Positions 25,001 to 37,988 of a DNA stretch of 64,000 bases are shown in pieces. The first letter of the stretch is position 1. The number at the start of each line of letters is the position of its first letter. The stretch comes from Octopus sinensis (Eukaryota), in contig NC_043015.1 in assembly GCF_006345805.1 (NCBI RefSeq), positions 23,870,001 through 23,934,000 on the forward strand. The letters run 5' to 3'. The notes beneath the pieces were generated by a model. That model saw only the letters and a list, made by a program, of their open reading frames with translations, searched no databases and was not told the DNA's origin. The position numbers and the translations under genes are program-made.

Positions 25001-25406
25001 GACATGTCCAAGATGCGGGTTGGACGATGAAACCGTCCAGCACGCTTTTGTACACTGTCGGCAGTTGTCAGACTTGATAAGTTACGCAGAACACGTGTTA
25101 TCACATCTGGGACGAGTACAGCTGTCGGCTGAGTCTATGATTAAGATGATACTGCCAACTGGACTCTCGAAGGAAGGTGAGGCAAGTTTTCACTGCACGG
25201 TTGCAGTAGTAAAAGAATGCATGTGGCGAACAAGAATGGAAGGAGTCGCAATAGGATCCTTTGTCTCAGGCCCCGGCTTGCTCACTTACTTCAGATATCA
25301 TCTGAAGAGCAAAATGGGGCTGGAAAAGAAGACCTTACCACGAGGTGTGTATGAAAAAAGATGGAAGGAAGTGGCGAAAAAGGTAGGTGTCAGAAACCCA
25401 GTTTAA
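22019..25406 (+). pseudogene. Tx1 ORF2: AP endonuclease, reverse transcriptase and C-terminal zinc finger; disrupted
   Basis: APE motifs NVRG, VYAPN, VGDFN, TDH, GYWKLN. RT motifs KSPGLDG, YRPITLL, VRQGCPLSP, AYADD. Zinc finger CPRCGLDDETVQHAFVHC. Stops at about 22568, 24264 and 24338, and a frameshift at about 23150. Confidence 0.92.
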
Positions 25407-25660
25407 CAATGGATGTTGAAGAGGAAAGGAAAGCTGCGGGGCTTTTATAGGTTGCTGGGGTTTAAAATATATCGGTAAGATATCAATCTAATGTAATGTT
25501 ATATTAGTCAATGCAAAGGGCAATTTAAATACAGTTTTTTTGTATAATGAATAATCCATATATTGTGGAAATTTTTAAACGAACCACTCAACTGTTTTTT
25601 GTATGTACGTCCTGTATTGTTCTTCTATGTACTGATTTTATAATCGTAATAAAGAATTAA

Positions 25661-25741
25661 TCGTAAACTGGTGATTACCGTACGTTGACAAGAGGCAAAT
25701 ACCTCGAAACTGCAGTCCGTGCGTATCGCTTAGATTTACGA
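25661..25741 (+). ncRNA. Type I hammerhead motif with extended stem I and degenerate core
   Basis: cgtacg-TTGACAA (CTGACGA-like)-gagg caaata cctc-GAAA-ctgcag (palindromic stem III)-TC-cgtgcg. Outer pairings gtgat/atcgc and tcgtaaa/tttacga. Confidence 0.7.
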
Positions 25742-26057
25742 GGGAGGGATGACCTCACTTTGCAAATACCATAAGTGCACAGAAAGTGTGCCTAAAGCCA
25801 GCTGGAGACGATGATCTCCTGAGGCTAAAAGCTATAGTAACACCCACCCTTAGTGGTTAGCCATATGAGATGGCTAGTATACATTACGTTGTCGAGCGGT
25901 TACTGTTTACATTTCGTTCAGAGATTTATTATTGCTATATATATATATATATATTATATATATATATATATAATATACATATATTGCATATATGTGTTGT
26001 GTGTGTGTCTGTCTGTCTGGGCGTTTGACTGTGTGTATCTGTACCTCTCTCTATATT

Positions 26058-26095
<38 letters not shown>

Positions 26096-26344
26096 GATAT
26101 ATATCACTGTATATTATACTACTAGTAAAAAATAAACATGAAAAGAAACACCGTTAACCATTTTGTCCGATTCACTGCCAGCTCACCACTTTCCTAATAA
26201 TAGTAATAGAATGATGTTTTTTCGGCACTTCAGCAATAGCGGTGTTGTTTTACTTAGAGGCAGCATATCAGCGCATGATTTGCAACAAATTTTGACTTGA
26301 GATTCTAGCCGGATAAAACGCATGCCTTTTCACTGTCTAGATGG

Positions 26345-26386
26345 ATGATGATGTTTGATGATGATGATGATGATGATGATGAGTAT

Positions 26387-26443
<57 letters not shown>

Positions 26444-26590
26444 AAAGCAGCTGTAGCTGTAGCAGCAGCGGCAGTAGTAAAAGTAGCAATTGTAACAACA
26501 GTAAGAGGAGGAGGAGGAGGGGAGAGGGTGAAGGTGATGATGATGATGATGATGATTAGGAGGAGGAGGAGGAGGAGGAGGAGGAGGACC
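26345..26590. repeat. Compound (GAT)n/(GTA)n/(GCA)/(GAG)n trinucleotide repeats
   Basis: Read directly from the sequence. Confidence 0.9.
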
Positions 26591-28430
26591 GTCAAAATTA
26601 CCAACACCATCACCACGATATACTATTCAGAAAATTCAATCTTCAATTTTGGCCAAAACTGGTTGTCACTTAGTGATGTCATTAAAAGTACTAACACTGA
26701 ACGATTGTAAAAGAACGGGTGAAAAGATGGCTGCATGAATTCGCAGAAGACTTGGTAAAAGTGCTGAGAACAAATAAAACCTAGGATATATATTATTAAA
26801 ATCTATCACGTGATAACAAAAATGACATCTCAGAGAAAATGAAATCTACGGATGACTAAGCTGTAACATTTTATTTCCAGAAAGATCATTCTATTATTGA
26901 CACACACAGGAGCGTCTGAATTTAGAAAGACGGCCATGGAACAAATTATGTATGGCAAACGTATTATGCGATTTGTGCAAGGAAGGACACATTAAAGAAA
27001 TTGTGAAAATGTCTGCTATTTGGTGCTTGCATATAAAAATGTGTTATCAGTTTACATGCTCGATATACAAGGTCTTCTCTTTGGTATCTGGATGAAAAAT
27101 ATATGAAAAGTTGTGTGCATTTGCACGATATACAATGAAGAACAGTCGAAAGTAAATGGTATCTGGATTGAGAGATTCTGGCATAAAATACTTTTCTTGC
27201 AATCTTTTGCAATATATTGATGGTCACTGAGAAAAGGGCATTGTGATATAAAACTTAGATTTTACCACATCGGTGAATGAAGAAATGACAAATATTGAAA
27301 TAATAGACTTGTTCTCTGAGGCATATACATCTCTAACGCTGAATCGCGAAACACGGTGTACAGTATTAAGCTATGTGGGATACATTTATTGTATGACTGG
27401 AATAAAAGAAATTAATTGCATCAAATCTTTTGCTCTACGTGCTGTATGATTTGTTTCAGTAGTTAATTTGCTCTCCTTTAACAGAATTAAGGGGTTGTAC
27501 ACGAACTAGTATTCAACACAAAGCCTTGATTCTGTCCGAATGGAACCAAACATGTATGAGGTGCTCAATAAGACTGTAATAGGGGATTGTTGTATTTCAT
27601 TAATTCGCGGGAAATCTATCTACAAGATGATCTTCTGTTCTTGAGAGAAAATCTTTTATTTTTCTATCTATTCTAGGGGTTGTTACTCTTCTCCTACCAC
27701 AGTTGCCAACCCATTTTGCAATCAAATCCTCGCTCTTTTCCGTTTTCTTTTTTCTTAATTACACTAATTGTCTGAGTCCAAACATTCATTTTCTTTGCTA
27801 TCCCTCAAATACACTTCTATTTGTCTATTTTGATAGGGACTAAGCTCTCTTTGTTTACCCATCTCAGCCTGGAATTGAAATAACACGAATTGTTACGCAT
27901 TAAGTGCAACGAAATACATGAATTTGTAACTAATACAACACAGAGTAACTGAAAAGTCATTAGAACAAAATCAAGCACCTTATACCAACCACTACTCAAG
28001 TAAAACTGAAAGAAAATTCATTGTTGTCACACAACAGAAGCTCATCACTGCCGGATGTCACTAGAAGAAAGTTAGATTCAAGCAATCCGTAGTGAATAAT
28101 TAAAAAAAAAAAACTGTCAAGGACAATAGTGGTTTATTGAGATGTAAGGTTGTGGGAGTTTTACGTATCGAATTACAGTCTTTTTATATTTCACGGACGG
28201 CTACCACGGTTGACGAGTGTGCGAATAAGAATTCAAGAGTTACAGAATGGAAAGATACTTACCGAGCGGAACGTCGGGAGTGGTAAATATCCAAACGAGG
28301 TGTATACATAGGGCTACTTTTCAGGCCAAGTATATCTTGATTAAAACATATGTAGCCCGGATCTTAACTACTCTATTTCATAAATCTTGTATGCATACAT
28401 AGATAGATAGATAGATAAAAATATAGATAG

Positions 28431-28466
<36 letters not shown>

Positions 28467-28469
28467 TAT

Positions 28470-28549
<80 letters not shown>

Positions 28550-28916
28550 TTAGATAGATAGATAGACAGACAGGCACAAAGACAGCCATACAGGCACACA
28601 GACAGACAGATAGCAACAGAGAGGTTATTTAACACATATCGACATACATATAGATACCTACATTCAACAATAAACAGATAGAATGAAAGACAAGATGACT
28701 GGCAAAGAGCTAGCCAGAGTGATAAACAAGTAATTAAATAGAATTATCACTGAATACCATAACACAATTACCCGTTAACTTGGTAGATTTGTTGTTACCG
28801 TTATGTTATTCCATATTAATTTGTACATAAAAACATAGGGCAGTTGATTCCCCCATTGATAATTAAAATTATGTAACTTTTTAAATGATTAATATTTGCC
28901 TGTTGTTATTAGTATT

Positions 28917-28972
28917 AGTACATAAGCGATAGTACGTAAGCGATAGTACATAAGCGATAGTACATAAGCGAT
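28917..28972. repeat. 14-bp minisatellite, 4 copies of AGTACATAAGCGAT
   Basis: Read directly from the sequence; one variant copy (agtacgtaagcgat). Confidence 0.9.
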
Positions 28973-29276
28973 ATATATATAAGATAAATTTATTCATGTA
29001 TCTTATATGTTAATATTTCGAATCGTTCAAGTGGATTTTAGCAACTGAAATATTGTATTAATATAGAAATAGTTATGCTCTACTTGTAATTCTATAACGT
29101 TGAAATAGTGATTAAAAACTATCAAAACCTCATCATTTATTTCTATCAAAATCTGGATTGAAATGGTTCTACATAATGGATTCAAATTATTATTTTTGGT
29201 GATCTTCACGTTAAGTTTTATTTTAGACACACACTAATATATGCCATTGGTTGTCAAGTGGTGTTGGGGCGACAAG

Positions 29277-29307
<31 letters not shown>

Positions 29308-29499
29308 GCACATACACACACACACTTTTTATTTTCTGATGCGACTTAGAACATTTCTATGTAATGATTGACATCACAGCCCGTTGCATATAGGAATTTA
29401 ATGAGGAACCAAATAACCAGCATTAAAATTTCTGGCAAAATATCTTGCATGCTAACTATCAATATATTTTGTACGTATAAATTCAAACACATACATATA

Positions 29500-29537
<38 letters not shown>

Positions 29538-29723
29538 CCTACATACATACATACATGTCTAAATAGACACACACACACACATATATATGTGTACAGAAAA
29601 CACGAAAAACACTTGTTTTATATAAATGTTCCACCTTTTTTGTTCAGGCACAAAATTGTATTTCACAAGTTCTAGAGAGGAGCAAAAGCGCTAATAATAA
29701 TAAAGAAATAGAAGGTTGAACAA

Positions 29724-29891
29724 CCGATGATGGTGTGTTTACGTCCCCGTAACTTAACGGTTTGTCAAAAGCGACTGATAGAATAAGTACTAGTCTTCCA
29801 AAGAATAAGTCCTGGTGTCGATTTGCTTGACTAAAGGCGGTGCTCCAGCATGGCCGCAGTCAAATGACTGATACAAGTAAAAGAGTAAAAA
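29724..29891 (+). mobile_element. SINE 3' half
   Basis: gtttacgtccccgtaacttaacgg..ggcggtgctccagcatggccgcagtcaaatgactga..gtaaaagagtaaaaag; same tail as 1648-1860 and 14795-14945. Confidence 0.8.
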
Positions 29892-29904
29892 GTATATATA
29901 TATA

Positions 29905-31531
29905 CAGTTGCGGCGAAAATGTTCAGAACGGCATTGTTTTCGTCAGAAAAGTAAGTATAAGTTTTTATCAATGTAGTTTTATATTCTATAATTTTTACAG
30001 ACAATAAATACCATTTTAATTGTTATTGTCTGAGATTGTGATGTAATTGGAGAGGATAATACAAAAGTTATGGATAATTTAGTGATTTACTGCAAACCCA
30101 TGGCGGCCAAAATGATGAGAACGGTTGAAAAAATAACAAAATAATCAAAAATGACAGAAAATACTAGAATTATTCAATATTTAGTGCGAAGCCCTTTAGC
30201 TTCAATCACACTCTGACATCTTTGACTGCATGAGGAAATTAAATTTTCAATTTCTTGCTGGGTGATCTTATTCCATTCTTCCTGAGGGGCATTCCTTAAT
30301 TGCTCAGTTGTCTTAGGATTTCTGGCTTTCGAACGTTCTCCTAGAATATTCCATACATTTTCAATAGGATTGAGATCTGGGCTTTGAGCAGGCCAATCCA
30401 TATCAATAACCTTTTCAGCCTTAAGGAAGTTCATGACCACCTTAGCCTTGTGACATGGGGCATTGTCCTGCATGGATATGGGTGGTCGCTTAGTTGAAAT
30501 TCTCAGCACAGGCAAGACATGATATTTTACAAGTTGTTTATAAACTCCTGCATTTACCTTTCCATGTAATCGCACCAAAGGGTCCACATCATCTCCAGAT
30601 ATCATCCCCCCAACCATGACACTTCCTGCACCGAATTTAAAACTAGTCTTAAGGCGTTTAGGCGACAATTTTTCACCTACTTTTCTACGAACGTGCCTTT
30701 TCCCATCTGAGCCAAATAACATAAACTTAGATTCATCACTGAAATGCACCAGTTGCCATTTTTCTTGAGACCACAACACATGTTCGGTTGCCACGGTAAG
30801 ACGACACTTTTTATTCTTGGAGCTGATCTGTGGCTTCACTGCAGGTGCTCTTGCTTGTAGGTCATGTTCAACTAAACGACGAGACAGTTTTTCGAGATAA
30901 AGTTTTCTTCAATACAATACTCATTTTCCGAGAAACAGCAGCAGCAGTTTTAAATCTGTCCTTTTTAACCAACTTTACCATAGCACGATCTTCTCTCTTG
31001 GTCGTTTTTCGTGGCCTACTTGTAAACCGTGTTGCTTCATACGAATCACAATCATCATAGACCTTAAGAATACCGTGTACAACACTTTTTGACTTGTTAA
31101 CAATCTTTGCAATAGACCCAATACTTAAATTATCCTTCCTTCGAAGCTTAATAATCTTCTGACGAATTGGTAACGGAGTAAGTGGCATTATATTAACAAA
31201 GTACACTGCAAATATTCTTACTAATGTTTAGTAAACGAACCGTCACGTAAACAAATTCAAAACATTAGAGTTCGCCGGTTAAATATACTAAAACACGGTG
31301 TAAAAGCAACCGTTCTGATCATTTTGGCCGCCATGGGTTTTGCAGTAAATCACTAAATCATCCATATCTTTTGTATTATCCTCTCAAATTACACCAGCAT
31401 CTCAGGCAATAACAAATAATATCGTATTTATTGTCTGTGAAAATTATAGAATATAAAACAACTTTGATAAAAAAAATGATATCTTTTTTTCTGACGAAAA
31501 CAATGCCGTTCTGAACATCTGGCTGCCACTG
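29905..31531 (-). mobile_element. Tc1-family (IR/DR type) DNA transposon with ~223-bp TIRs, flanked by TA
   Basis: TIRs at 29905-30127 and 31307-31531 start CAGT. Each has an inner and outer direct repeat (ggc(g)gccaaaatg(a/t)tcagaacgg). TA on both sides. Confidence 0.95.
30174..31188 (-). pseudogene. Tc1 DD34E transposase, frameshifted near 30868
   Basis: N-terminal paired-like HTH with SRPRKTT. Catalytic motifs FSDESKF, QDNAPCH and WPAQSPDLNPIENVW, with 34 residues between the second D and the E. Confidence 0.93.
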
Positions 31532-31634
31532 TATATATATAATATATATATATATATATTATATATATAATATATATATATATATATAATATATATATAT
31601 ATATATAAAGATATATATACATATATATATATTT

Positions 31635-31713
<79 letters not shown>

Positions 31714-31733
31714 ATATATATACATATATATAT

Positions 31734-31767
<34 letters not shown>

Positions 31768-31772
<5 letters not shown>

Positions 31773-31859
31773 TTAAAATTGTGTACATTTAAACACAAAA
31801 GAAATTACCTGTTAGAGGGTAATTTCTTTTGTGTTTAAATGTACACTATTTTAAAATTT
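31768..31859. repeat. Hairpin/palindrome with ~42-bp arms next to (TA)n
   Basis: aaattttaaaattgtgtacatttaaacacaaaagaaattacc pairs with ggtaatttcttttgtgtttaaatgtacactattttaaaattt. Confidence 0.85.
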
Positions 31860-32818
31860 GAATAAGTTGTCTATTGACTACTTATACATGCTAGGCCACT
31901 GGTGGTGATATTTATAACGAATATTCGCTACCCTATATTTGTATATATATATAGACCTGCTTACAAGAATTTAGATATGTGAAAGGATTTGCAAATGTAT
32001 ATATAAGAATGTGCTTATATATGTGTATGTGTCTTTTTTATTCAAAAGTTTTAAGACGACAAATGCTTAATATTCTATGCAATTATATTTAGACAAGTGA
32101 CCTGTTTCTGCCTCGTAGAATCACGAAACTTCTTCCGTTGAATTATCTGCCATTCACCAGTTGTCACCACTATCCAGGAATCTTCATGAAGTATCTAAGC
32201 GAATCCATTATTAAATAATAGTTTCGGTTGATTTTTTTTACTCTCATTTACGTGTTTCGCACACATTATACTTTCTTATTACGTATTAATCTATTTGTGT
32301 TGACTCTGGCTCTTTGAAACCGGAGAGTATAATGCATAACTGTGTGCAGGTATCCATTTCACGTCATAAATGCTCACTTTCGAGATAACATTTTAAATAT
32401 GATATCAAAAGAAAAAAAAATCCATAATAACAAATGTAATATTTTTCAAAGTAATAATGGATCTGTCTTAAATCTCTCTATGATGTAGGTGTTCATATTT
32501 ATCAAAAGGATAAGCTTACCCTTCCTGATCATCGCGGATTAACGTGCATTAAGATAAAGCAATAACCTTGCAAAGCTCCAAACCCTCAGTAGCCTATGAA
32601 GTGACTAGCCCGAGATCATTTCATCCAGTGAGAAGTAGTTTGGTAGGGTAGATTTTATAGTATACGAAACAATTATAAATTTAAAGACTAGCAAATATGG
32701 AATTTAACAGAAGGTAATGAAGGAAGAAAATTTTGCGAAGTAAAATTGCAGTTGCCATAATCCAGAATACTGCGGAACTAATCAATTAATGAGTGGGTAT
32801 TTCTCTCTCTCTCTCTCA

Positions 32819-32872
<54 letters not shown>

Positions 32873-33470
32873 AGTCAGACACTATCTTCGTCCTCACTGC
32901 CCTTAATTAACAAGTGGTTCCTCTTACATTCTAATGATTTTCCAGTTGCATATATTTAAACGGAGCAATTTTAGCAATGCTTTGTCCATGTCTTTTCGTT
33001 ATTCATCTCAACATATATGTGCGTATAATTATACGTTCATCAATGCGCAAGATTTTGTGCCCATCTGTGTCTACCGCCATTACATTTATGCGTCTTTATA
33101 ATTAGATGTATGTATATATATCGCCAAAAATAACGTTTAATGACCCATTAAATCATGCTTTTGGAGGGTCGATGAAATAAGTACCTGTTATATACTGAGA
33201 TCAATGCAATCGACTTATCTCCTCCCTCAAACTTGCTGGACTTTTGCCAAAATTTGAAAATAAATATTGCGCTGCATCATATGACAACCTTTCTTATTGT
33301 CCAAATTTTACAGAAACAGACTACGGATTTCTTGTCTCATTGTTTACATTCAGATTATTGAATTTACACGCACACATACACTCATACACACACACGCACC
33401 CACATATATATATTTAAGGTATGGATCAATGAAACACAGACAACTGTGTTTGTGCGTGTATATATGTATG

Positions 33471-33559
<89 letters not shown>

Positions 33560-33760
33560 GTTAACCCAAACATGAACAAAGAGAAAGCACAACAACGTGA
33601 GGACGTGAAACAAGTATAGTGTCATTGGACGCTCAGGAAAGGAAAGAAAGAAGGAGGATTTAACGTTTCGAGCGGAGCTTTTGTGAGGAACATAGAAGAA
33701 AGAAAGTTCATGGAAGGGAAGACGGAGAAAGAAAATCGCCAACGATACACACGCGGTCAC
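33560..33760 (-). mobile_element. Solo PLE pLTR-like fragment in (TA)n with decayed minimal hammerhead
   Basis: Minus strand ..aagctccgctc-GAAA-cg-TT-aaatcc..ttcctgagcgtcc resembles the 35743-35800 region. Flanked by TA tracts. Confidence 0.5.
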
Positions 33761-34751
33761 AATATATATATATACGTATATCTTCAAGGGACCTCACATT
33801 GTTTTAATGATAAACCTTGTCTGGGTAAAATTACATCTGCGTTTGGAAATGTGCAAAATTAAGTCTGTAACACGATTGTGATTAAAATTCAAATGATGCT
33901 CCTAGTTATAATTTTCGTTTTGTCAGTTACACTTTTTGTAAATAGTGCGCGGGCACAGTTGTTTCTTATAACTTACAATACATACGTTCTAGGAAGTCTG
34001 TCTCTAACTTAGCTTAAAGACTATGCCTCAAGGGTGAGTTTCTTGTTTACTAACTGAATAACGAAATGATGCAACATTTTGCAATTCTCAGCTGCATTAG
34101 CATCAGGAATGTCAGGTGAATAACCTTTTTCATCATTAGTTTCAAACCATGAAATGTTTTTCTGCGAAAGCTGCTTGAGTGTCTCTTAGAATTGATATTT
34201 CAAATAAACATTTTTTGATGTCTCAGACAAAATATTTTAGATATTAGAAGCATTTCCCTCACACACATGAAGCACACACATACAGACACACACTGAAAAA
34301 AACATCATCACATACACGCGTACATATTCACACAAACAAACATACATATGTGAGTGTATGCATATATATGTGTGTGTATATGTGTGTGCATAATATTTTT
34401 CAACAAACCACAAAGTCTTTGTAAGTTACGGAGAGAAGGCTACAATGGAAAAATCATAGCATAATAATAATTGTATGTCATAATAATATATATTCTCCGA
34501 TTTGAAGTAACAATTTTCTAAATACAAATGAGCAAATATATTTTTGAATACAAATGAACAAAAATTACCCTAGCAAGAATCGAACCCACAAATCAACGCT
34601 TAAACGGCTCCTTGCGCATTGGGCAACGTAAGCGTTGCTTTTTGGGTCCGATTCTGGCTAGGGTTAGCTCATTATTTTCCAGTCATTTATTTGTATTTAA
34701 ATATTGCCTTATTCATCTCTAGACAGGCCTTGTGCCAAAATTTGAAACCAG

Positions 34752-34794
<43 letters not shown>

Positions 34795-35110
34795 ATTTGT
34801 ATGTGTGTGTGTGCGTGTGTGTGTATGTGTGTACCGATATACCAGCACCTTGCGATAATAATATAATAACATAATAACAATCAACTTCTTTCATTGAAAT
34901 TCAAAATGGCTGAAGACTGGAATCACGCCTGATTCTTGGAGTAGCAACGAATTTGAATCAAACATTTTACATCTGTATGTATCTATCTATCTCTCTATGT
35001 ATCTATCTATCTCTCTATTATCTATCTATCTATCTTGTATGTATCTATCTATCTATCTATCTATGTATCTATCTATCTATCTATATATATATATATTATA
35101 TATATATATA

Positions 35111-35150
<40 letters not shown>

Positions 35151-35154
<4 letters not shown>

Positions 35155-35867
35155 ATAGGTTAGCGAATACTACTCTCGTTCTCTCCTCTCTTCACTCTTA
35201 CCCACCTTCTACTTTCCCCTTTCATCGTCACCCCTCCTTCGTAACCCCACTTCACCCCTACACAATCCAATCACACATTCCCTATCCATCCCATTCCACC
35301 CCAACCCATCCCTTAAACAAACTTCTACATACACCACCTCTACCTCCACCCTCAACCTAAACCACACCCAACAATTGCTTTCCCCACTCGCGAATCCCCA
35401 CCTCCCAACACCATCACACCACACCACTCACACTACACCATATAACACTATACCACACAACATCACATCACATCACCACGCACACATTAGCACTATCCAC
35501 TTTCCAGCCCCACATCCACAAACATACACATAGACAGATGCACACGTCAAGGTCAGCAGCCCTCTTCCACACACACATACATACTCTCTTATACATACGC
35601 ACGCGCACCTTTCTTTTGGGACCATCAGTACTTTATTATCTCCCCTTTCCCTAACTCTCCTGCGTGACACTTATGTCCGGCATTCGCCATGATCGCTAGC
35701 CATTACACATTCTTTATTTTCTCTCCTTGCTTCTTTCTGTGTTCTTTTCTGTGGAAGAGCGTAGGCTCGAAACGTTAAAGACTTTTTCACTTCCCGAGCG
35801 CTGAAATAACATATTTGTTTGTTGTCTACTCTACCTGTCTTCGTCTTTTCTTTTTGTGAATTCTCCC
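35151..35867 (+). mobile_element. PLE 3' UTR/pLTR fragment with minimal hammerhead-like motif at 35743-35781
   Basis: A C/A-rich tract is followed by tcttt-t-CTGTGGA-a-gagc gtag gctc-GAAA-cg-TT-aaaga. The fragment ends at (TA)n. Confidence 0.6.
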
Positions 35868-35953
35868 TATATATATATATATATATGTACGCACACAAAA
35901 AACATAGATATAGGAGTGGCTACGGGTTCAATCCCATTGCGTGGCACCAGTCG

Positions 35954-35986
<33 letters not shown>

Positions 35987-36674
35987 AGCCGTCGTATATA
36001 TATATATATATATATATATACGACTGGCTTCTTTTGTTTTCCATCTATCAAATCAACTCACAAGGCTCTGGTCGGCCCGAAGCTATAGTAGAAGACAGTC
36101 GCCACACATGTACTTATGTGTGTGTGTATGTATGTGTGTGTGTGTGTGTGTGTGTGTGCATGCATGTAGGTGTGTTTTGTCCCCCACCATCTGTTGATAA
36201 CCGACTTTGGTGGGTTTACATCAAAAAGCGGTTCGGCGAAGAGAATGATAGAATAAATTAGAGGCTTACAAATAATAAGCTCTAGAGTCGACTTTTTCGA
36301 CTAAACGCGATGCTACAGTATGACCGCAATTGAATGCATACATATTTTATATATATATAATATATAATATATGTCTGAATTTCTGATTTTCGAACGACGG
36401 TTCTCGAAGCAGACATAAAGCAATAATCAGTAGGAAGTAAATGTTAAACAAAAAAAACTTCATAAAAACCTGCAACACTGCCCTCTTTCTATCCAAAGAT
36501 GGTTCTCACGTTTATATTTACATGCCACTATTTATAGCTTTATGCTTCGAGATATACCCTTTGAAACAGAAATGTTTTTTCTCATTTCCCAAAGATTTAT
36601 AAATTCTGATGATGTCAATCTATCAATATATCCATCCATCTATCTATCTATAATATATCTATAATATATATATA

Positions 36675-36724
<50 letters not shown>

Positions 36725-36850
36725 TATATACATAATATATATAAATAAATATATATATACACATATATATATATACATATATATTCTTATATATATATTT
36801 ATATGTGTGTGTGTTTTATTCCTTTATATACACATATATATGTTTATAGC

Positions 36851-36901
<51 letters not shown>

Positions 36902-37097
36902 GCCGTACACACATTCCTATGTGCGTGTATGTTAGTGTGTGTGTATAAATGGTCCCAAGTTGCCCTTAATAATGTTGACTTTCGTTGTTACATTTCCAAG
37001 AATTGAAATAGCAAGTTGTTGATTTGTGATAGTGTCCATGTGACTTAAATTCAGCAGGTTCTTATAAATCGATATAGTACTAAATGATGCTGATATT

Positions 37098-37312
37098 GGC
37101 AGAAACGTTAGCACACCGGACGAAATGCCTAGCGGTATTTTGTCTGCCGTTACGTTCTGAGTTCAAATTCCGCCAAAGTCGACTTTGCCTTTCATCTTTT
37201 TGGGGTCGATAAATTAAGTACCAGTTACGCACTGGGGTCGATGTAATCGACTTAATACCTATGTCTGTCCTTGTTTGTCCCCTCTATGTTTAGCCCCTTG
37301 TGGGTAATAAAC
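37098..37312 (+). mobile_element. Second SINE family (tRNA-like head, Meta/MESC-like central domain)
   Basis: B-box-like gagttcaaattcc, then gcctttcatc..ggggtcgataaattaagtaccag. Degenerate copies at about 13200, 13440, 14090, 33150, 44240 and 46510. Confidence 0.7.
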
Positions 37313-37738
37313 AAATATATTACTGACATTAGAATGAAGACAAAATACATTCATATCAACGCCGACAGGATCGTAGGAACTTAGCTTGTAGGAACCTGTT
37401 ATAAAAGGAACGGTTAATGCAAAATAACACCCATTTATAATACTTATGCGTAAGTATTAATTCTGATTTCCCTTTCTCAAGATATTCATCACAAATCCCC
37501 CGTTAGGCAGCAAGTGTATAAATAGATATCCTAATTCGTTGATAATAGAAACATTTATATGGTATATGTAACTTATAAATATTCTGTCATTGTGTGTTCT
37601 AGTAGAATTTATTCCACCGTTTTTCAACATTTATTCCTGTAGAATGTAAAGAAGGAAGCCGTTAAATGCGCAAACCCATATAGAATAAAAAGTATGTTAG
37701 CATACATATAGGTATCTATCTATCTTATCTATCTATTT

Positions 37739-37773
<35 letters not shown>

Positions 37774-37790
37774 ACTGTATGTATATATAT

Positions 37791-37837
<47 letters not shown>

Positions 37838-37939
37838 GTGGATAGATATATAAGACACGTCGGAATATAACTATAAACATATTTATAGATGTATGTGTGT
37901 GTATAAATTTGTATATATATAATATATATATATATATAT

Positions 37940-37988
<49 letters not shown>

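Larger units (their letters stand above)
20252..25657 (+). mobile_element. Near full-length Tx1/L1-clade non-LTR retrotransposon (inactivated)
   Basis: ORF1 with a CCHC knuckle; ORF2 with APE, RT and a C-terminal zinc finger; AATAAA at 25648-25653. Confidence 0.92.

Noticed and set aside
26305-26710. ORFs with poly-D/V/G/M/R or poly-T/S runs (also 7249-7605 and 17846-18352)
   Set aside because: Compound trinucleotide repeats with no domain or splice support.
28917-28972. Short regular repeat considered as CRISPR-like
   Set aside because: No spacers; a simple 14-bp minisatellite in eukaryotic DNA.
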